Below, piece after piece: positions 57,610 to 64,000 of a stretch of DNA of 64,000 nt (position 1 is the stretch's first letter; each line of letters opens with the position of its first letter). The stretch is from the NCBI RefSeq assembly GCF_009914755.1, contig NC_060928.1. One strand, written 5' to 3'. A program made the translations under genes and the position numbers. Source of the DNA: the human T2T-CHM13v2.0 reference genome, Homo sapiens. Under the pieces are notes generated by a model. That model did not search any database and was not told where the DNA came from. It saw nothing but the letters and a program-made list of their open reading frames with translations.

Positions 57610-58958
57610 TCATTGATCAGACCTGTATCATTTTCACTTACAGCCATAACATAAAGTCTGAGAAGATAAAGGGAAACTTATGAAGCACTAAGTAAACTGT
57701 TTTGCTTTTGTTTCTGTTTAATGGTGCTGAAGATAACTCCTCCAGTCTTTGTGGGACACTGTCAGATAACTGAGTTCCATCAGTTACTCAAGGACAATAA
57801 GCATGTGTTTACAGAGCTTAGTGTCCCAAAGCTCGGCTCCCTGCCTTTGTAACCACCTGCGACCCAGCCCCTGACAGGACTGGCACTAGGGCTTTGTTAT
57901 GGTTGACTTTCCTGGCAAGAAGATGTATGTGGGCCTTACCAGAAGTCGCAGAGTGGGAAGCACAGCCCCTAGAACCAAGATCACTCTTAGTCAAAATGGC
58001 TGTCTTAGTGGGTGACAGAATTTAACATATTTGCCTCTGTGTGGTGGGAGCTCTTTAGCTCTCTGTGAAAGAAAGAAAGATGAGCAACATTCTACTGGGG
58101 CCCGTTCTGAACACTGACATCACAGTTTCTGCACAGCTGTAACCTTATTTATTTGTTTATGCCCCTTTTTGTTGTGGAGAAAAGATTCAGGGAATTTGAG
58201 GGACCTAACAAAGAAACATTATTAGGAAAAGTTTGGATTTTCCTAGGTAACTTTTCAGTTTATAATATAGTTCATATAAATGGTTCATGTTGTACAGGTT
58301 GAAATCTTACTTGTTTTGTATTCAGATTCTAAATTGCTCCTGAAACTACTTTTCCTTGCTCTTTGAGAAACAGGAAAGTTGGGAAGCCAAGTTCAAATTA
58401 AAGTAGAAAGTCAGATTAAAAGTAAAGATTCAGCCAGATCAGAATGCTTTTTTGCAGTCCATGAGAGGAACTAGGGACTGACCAGATTGGAGGAAATGGG
58501 GGATAGGTGTTGATACCAGTGTGAATTTTGAAAGCTGGAGAAGGCTGGCTTTCCTTGGTAGTTTGACTTCTATTCTGGGCAGTCTTTACTTCCAGTCTCT
58601 GGTTCTCCTGTTGGGAGGAAGGGAGCACAGATGGTGGAGGGGGCTGCAAATGGCCCTGAGTGGCATTTTGCTCTCCCTGCTATCCTGGTAGATGTGTTTA
58701 CCTTCAGATATCATACCTAGGAGTGGTTCAGAAGTCACAGAGTCCACGTCAAGACTAGTGTGAGCTTCACACCTGTGGTGGCATTTAGCACTCTTTTAAT
58801 GTAAGAACTCTTTATGTTCACACTGTAATTTGTTCGCTAAGATTTCATCTCCTTATACCCATCTAAAATTGTGTAGGGATGAAGGCCCAAGTTCTGAAAC
58901 AGAGCAGGAGCTCCAAGTGTGAGAGTTAAGTTAGCAGTAGAAGATGTAGAGAAATTAA

Positions 58959-59287
<329 letters not shown>

Positions 59288-59339
59288 TAGGCCTGCAATT
59301 TTTAACTTCCTGTCCAAATAGTTGATAAATGGGGAAATT

Positions 59340-60640
59340 TTTAAAAATAGTTTTATTTTCTAGAAGTTTTAGACTTACAGAAAAATTGAGAAGGTAGTAC
59401 AAGAGTTCCCATATAACCTGCCCTCAGTTTACCCTATTATTAACATCTTATATTAGTATGGTATATTTGTTACAATTAATGAACCAATGCTGATACATTA
59501 CTATTAGCTAAAGTCCACAGTTTTTTTTATTTCCTTAGTTTTTCATCTAATAGCCTTTTCTGGTTCTGGGACATTACACTTAGTTGTCATGTTCTTCAGG
59601 CTTCTCTTAGCTGTGGTGGTTTCTCAGATTTTCTTTGTTTTTCGTAATCTTGAGGAGTACTGGTTAGGTATTTTGTAGATTGCCCCATTATTAGAATTTA
59701 ATGTTTTTCTCATGATTACACTGAGGTTGTGGGTTTGGGGAAGGAAGATCATAGAAGTAAAGTGCCATTTTCGTCACATCCTATAAGGGTATATATCACC
59801 AACATTATTTATGACTGTTAATATTGGCCTTGATTACCTGGCTGAGGAAGTGTTTGTCAGTTTCTCCACTGTAAAGTTACTCTTTATTTCCTCCTGTCCA
59901 GGCTGTGTACTTTGGAGAGAAGTCAGGATGCTTACCCCATACCTAAGGGGTGGGGAATTATGCTGCCCCTCCTTGAGGACAGAGTACCTACATAAATTAT
60001 TTGGACTTCTCCTGTGTGGAGATATATCTCTTCTCCCATTTATTTGTTTAGTCATTATTCTACTATGGACTCAAAGATATTTATTTTTCACTTTTGGCTA
60101 AAACCCAATACTACTTCATTTCTATTATTTATTTATTTATTTTTTGGAGACGGTCTTGCTTGTCCCTAAGCTGGAGTGCTCTTGTGTGATCATAGCTCAC
60201 TGCATCACTGCAGCCTCGAACTCCTGGGCACAAGGGATCCTCCCTCCTCAGCGCCCTGAGTAGCTGGGACTACAGTCATGCACCACCACACCCAGAATTT
60301 TTTTTTTTCTTTTATGTAGAAACAAGGCCCCACTATGTTGCCCCGGCTGGTCTCAAACTCCTGGGCTCAAGCAATTTTCCCACCTCACACTCCCAAAATA
60401 GTGGGGTTACAGGCATGAGCCACAGCACCCCACAACTTCATTTATTTGTTGCTCAAATTGTTTCGGTTTTGACCATTGGGAGCTCTCTCAGTAGGCTCCC
60501 ATGCTCCTTTAACATACCTCTATCTGTGAGGGGTTGGGGTGAGTATTTTGAGCACTTCCTTACTTTCTGGCAAGACAAGATGCTCCAGAGTCATCTTGTG
60601 TATTTCCTATCCCTGTCCTAGAATCAGCCATTTCTCCACT
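59340..60640 (-). mobile_element. Old L1MB/L1MC 3' fragment interrupted by an Alu (~60120-60432)
   Basis: ttttagacttacagaaaaattgag...gagttcccatata; gttacaattaatgaaccaat...aaagtccac; sequence resumes after Alu TSD acttcattt. Confidence 0.75.
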
Positions 60641-61100
60641 TATAGAATGTCTTTGGAAAAAGCAGCACAAGCTGGGGCAGGTATGGAGGGAAATGCATCC
60701 TCATTGTATTCTCTTTTGGATATTTTGAATATGTCTTCTTTACATATACAGATCCAAAAGATAGCTTTTTAAGGGGTTATTCTAGTGGTTCCCATTAGAA
60801 ATTTTCAAGTAGGGTCTTGGGAGAGAAGAGGGTTGGGTGTCAGCCATACTAGGAGGTTGCATCAGCAAAGTTCAGTGATTAATGGGACACAGGTTATGGA
60901 GGAGGAAGGAGGAACCAAGGATGCATCTCCAGTTTCTAACCTGAGAAAGCGAGTGGAAGGTGAGCATTATCCAGTACAGGGAAAGCAGGAGGCCAGGTCA
61001 GGGAGACAGATACTGAGATAATTTTCTAGCTACAGAGATTGGGATACATTTTTACCTAGAAATGTCTACATGTTCTCCAGTTGTGCATAGTCAGCTGTAA

Positions 61101-61484
<384 letters not shown>

Positions 61485-61814
61485 TGAGTACATGAGTAGA
61501 GTAAGGTTCAGAGGGCTGGGATTGAGACCAGTGTCATCAAGCCTTGTCTATTGACCTGAATTCAGCTTTAAACTCTTCCTCGTCAAGGTGTTCACATCAT
61601 TGATAAGAAAAATACTTTTTCCATTCTGTCTGCAACTGCATTTCCTCTGTTCTTAAAAGTGGTAAAATAAAGAAAGTCAGTATAAGGAGAACTTACAATA
61701 TATACTTTTAAACATTTTTATTTAAATGCTTTGAAATGAACTTTCAGGGTAAGAATCTACATTATCATAGTGTTCAAATAAGACATGTGTTTTGGTCACT
61801 CTGCAGATACAGGA

Positions 61815-62200
61815 TGTATAACCATCCAAAATTTGGTGTAGATGTCAAGATTGATGACTCTACATGCACACACCAAGAGGATATGAAAAGGTTTATTACT
61901 CACATAATGAGGCTGTTCTGGGGAGACAACAGGGTGGGGGCTTCTCAAGCTGGTTGGAGAATGTCTTCAGAGAATGGGACAGGGGATTACACTGGGGATT
62001 TTATGATGGTTGCGAGATAAGGCTGGGGTGAGGGTTCCTGCATATGGTTTGAAATTCTCACTGGTACCAAAGGAGTGAGCACCTGGGCTTTCCTCATCAG
62101 TTTGCCCAGGTGTGGAGCAGAAAGGGAAGAGGGAGAGGAGGGTAAAGCTTAAAAGCTATCAGGAGTTGAACATCAAGAAACAAGTCAGGTTCTTTATTAC
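61815..62200 (-). mobile_element. ERV-type LTR fragment (family uncertain)
   Basis: gatgtcaagattgatgac...atgaaaaggtttattactcacataatgagg resembles ERVL-class LTR ends (reverse AATAAA). Confidence 0.5.
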
Positions 62201-62329
62201 AGTGTGGGACCATTGAATAATGAAGGATGGCATCCCGTTTGTACGTGAACCCTTCACCAACTGAACTGATAGAGTGCTTTGTAGAGAGGAGCAAGAGCAA
62301 AGGAGGGTACTGTTTTTATTTATTCTTTG

Positions 62330-62810
62330 TGTCAGGGAAAAGGCTGTGACACCCCATTGACCTTGCACAATTCCATACAGGCAAAGGCTTAAGCTGCATC
62401 TTATCTGAGCCCTGGCAGTACAACTTGATCCTCTTGGAACACTTCCCTACCTTCCCCGGGAGGCTGTCATGATAGTTTCTCATCCACTCCAGAGTTCTGA
62501 TGAGGTATGGGACTTTCTGCCCTACCCGCCTCAGACTAGAGCTGCAGTATATAAAAGCATGTAGCTGCAGTCTAGAACTGACTCCCCAGCAACGGGATAT
62601 CCCACAACTTGCCTTGTAGGCATCTGGCCCCTTTTGTGTTGGTGTTGTCCTTTTTGATGTATGGGGCAAAGATCACTGGGAGCTGGCACCTTTGGCTTAT
62701 TCTTCTTTTCACTGTCTATGTAAGTAATAAACTATCCAAATCTAAAAGTGCCTGGTTGTATCTTAACCATCGAATCTTGGCCTTGGCCTTAGCCTTGCTT
62801 TGCCTTGTCT
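62330..62810 (+). mobile_element. LTR-like element with TATA box and poly(A) signal (family uncertain)
   Basis: TATATAAAAG at 62548-62557, tgtaagtAATAAAc at 62726-62731, U5-like ggccttggcctt run. Confidence 0.5.
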
Positions 62811-64000
62811 TTATATATGTGAGCTTGATAATCTGTAGTGTGGCTCAGTTTCTTATTTCTTTATATTTCTCCTATTTCAGATGTTTGGTATTTTCCTGGC
62901 ATGGATATTTATCTTTTTCATTTCCACAAATTTACTTGGTCTTTTGCCTTAGCTTTTTCCTTTCTAAATTTGCATTCTTACATACCTGTTAAAGAAAAAT
63001 TAGAAAGTAATGAAGATAGCAATAAAAACTGTAAGGGATAAAGGAATAAATCTAAGAAAAAATATGTGATACTGGTATTGAGAAATTGTAATAACTTATA
63101 TTAAAAGAAGACCTAAATAAATGGAGCGATACATCAAATTCTGCAAATTAATCTATAAGTTTAGTGTAACTTGAATTAAAATCCTTTGTGAAGCCAGACT
63201 AAATAACTTTTACTTAAATGAAATAATAAAGGACCACATTTTTATGCCCTCCGTAAGTCTTTTGTAGACACCTCTTTCTTAGAGCCCAAACTATAAATAA
63301 AAGACACAGTACACTAGAATAATTTGACATATAAATGCGCAGAGTGAGTTGGTTACCAAGGTGGCTAGCATTTATACCTTAGATAAATTAAAATTTAAGG
63401 TGTTTTAGCATACAACATATCCACGTAACAAAACTGCACTTGTACCCCTTATAAATTTTTAAAACCTTTGTATAAATTTTTTTTAATTATACAAATTTTT
63501 TAAAAAGGAAAAAATTTAAGATGTTTTGAAATCAAGGTGGTAAGAACATTGGCTTTTTATTAAAGGGCCTTTATAGGAATTTTATTAAAACTTTAAAGTA
63601 CCTGTTTGGCTTTTGAGGACCCTTTAAAGTCCTAAAATCATTTTGTGATTTGGGAACTATAATGTATTCCTTATAATTTGATTTTCCTATTAACATTTTT
63701 GGTTTATTTTAAATGAAATTTTCCTGCTAGACAATAATTACAGCTATACTCATTTACCTTTTAAATGCTCCTGTGTTTGTGTGTTGAGAAATACAATTGC
63801 TAAACTTCGAGGAACCTTGTATTTTTGCCAGTGTTTCAAGCTAAAACTTGAAGATAAGTAGTGTCATATTACAGTAAACAAAGATCATTATTGTGTTGTG
63901 GATGTAATACCCCCTGCGTCAAACATATATAAAAAGTGCTCAGATTCAGAGCCATACTATCACTTATGCCATCCAAAAAATTGTTTTTAATGAAGACAGG

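Overview
Human genomic DNA (about 25 Alus, including a human-specific AluYb8; no prokaryotic features). The window lies within FNIP2 (folliculin-interacting protein 2, + strand). It covers most of the long first intron, coding exons 2-7 ([20 protein letters not shown]...RDSGIARS, all GT-AG and phase-consistent) and the start of the next intron; canonical exon 1 and the 3' exons are outside the window. Gene, isoform and repeat names come from my recall, not a database search. Almost all ORFs in the supplied track are repeat-derived or chance. Most notable: (1) a 90-nt in-frame cassette exon (54553-54642) encoding an [14 protein letters not shown]-type motif homologous to FNIP1's alternative exon; (2) two intronic alternative first coding exons (27002-27177, probably known, and a candidate at 21139/21151-21194) that both splice in frame to exon 2; (3) a Tigger4b element with a cluster of locally templated direct, inverted and snap-back insertions; (4) a U6-L1 chimeric retrocopy inserted at the same site as an AluJ; (5) a young AluYb8 that forms an inverted Alu pair around frame-symmetric exon 3. 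I see no wholly new biological system; the leads are isoform-level regulation and genome-repair scars.
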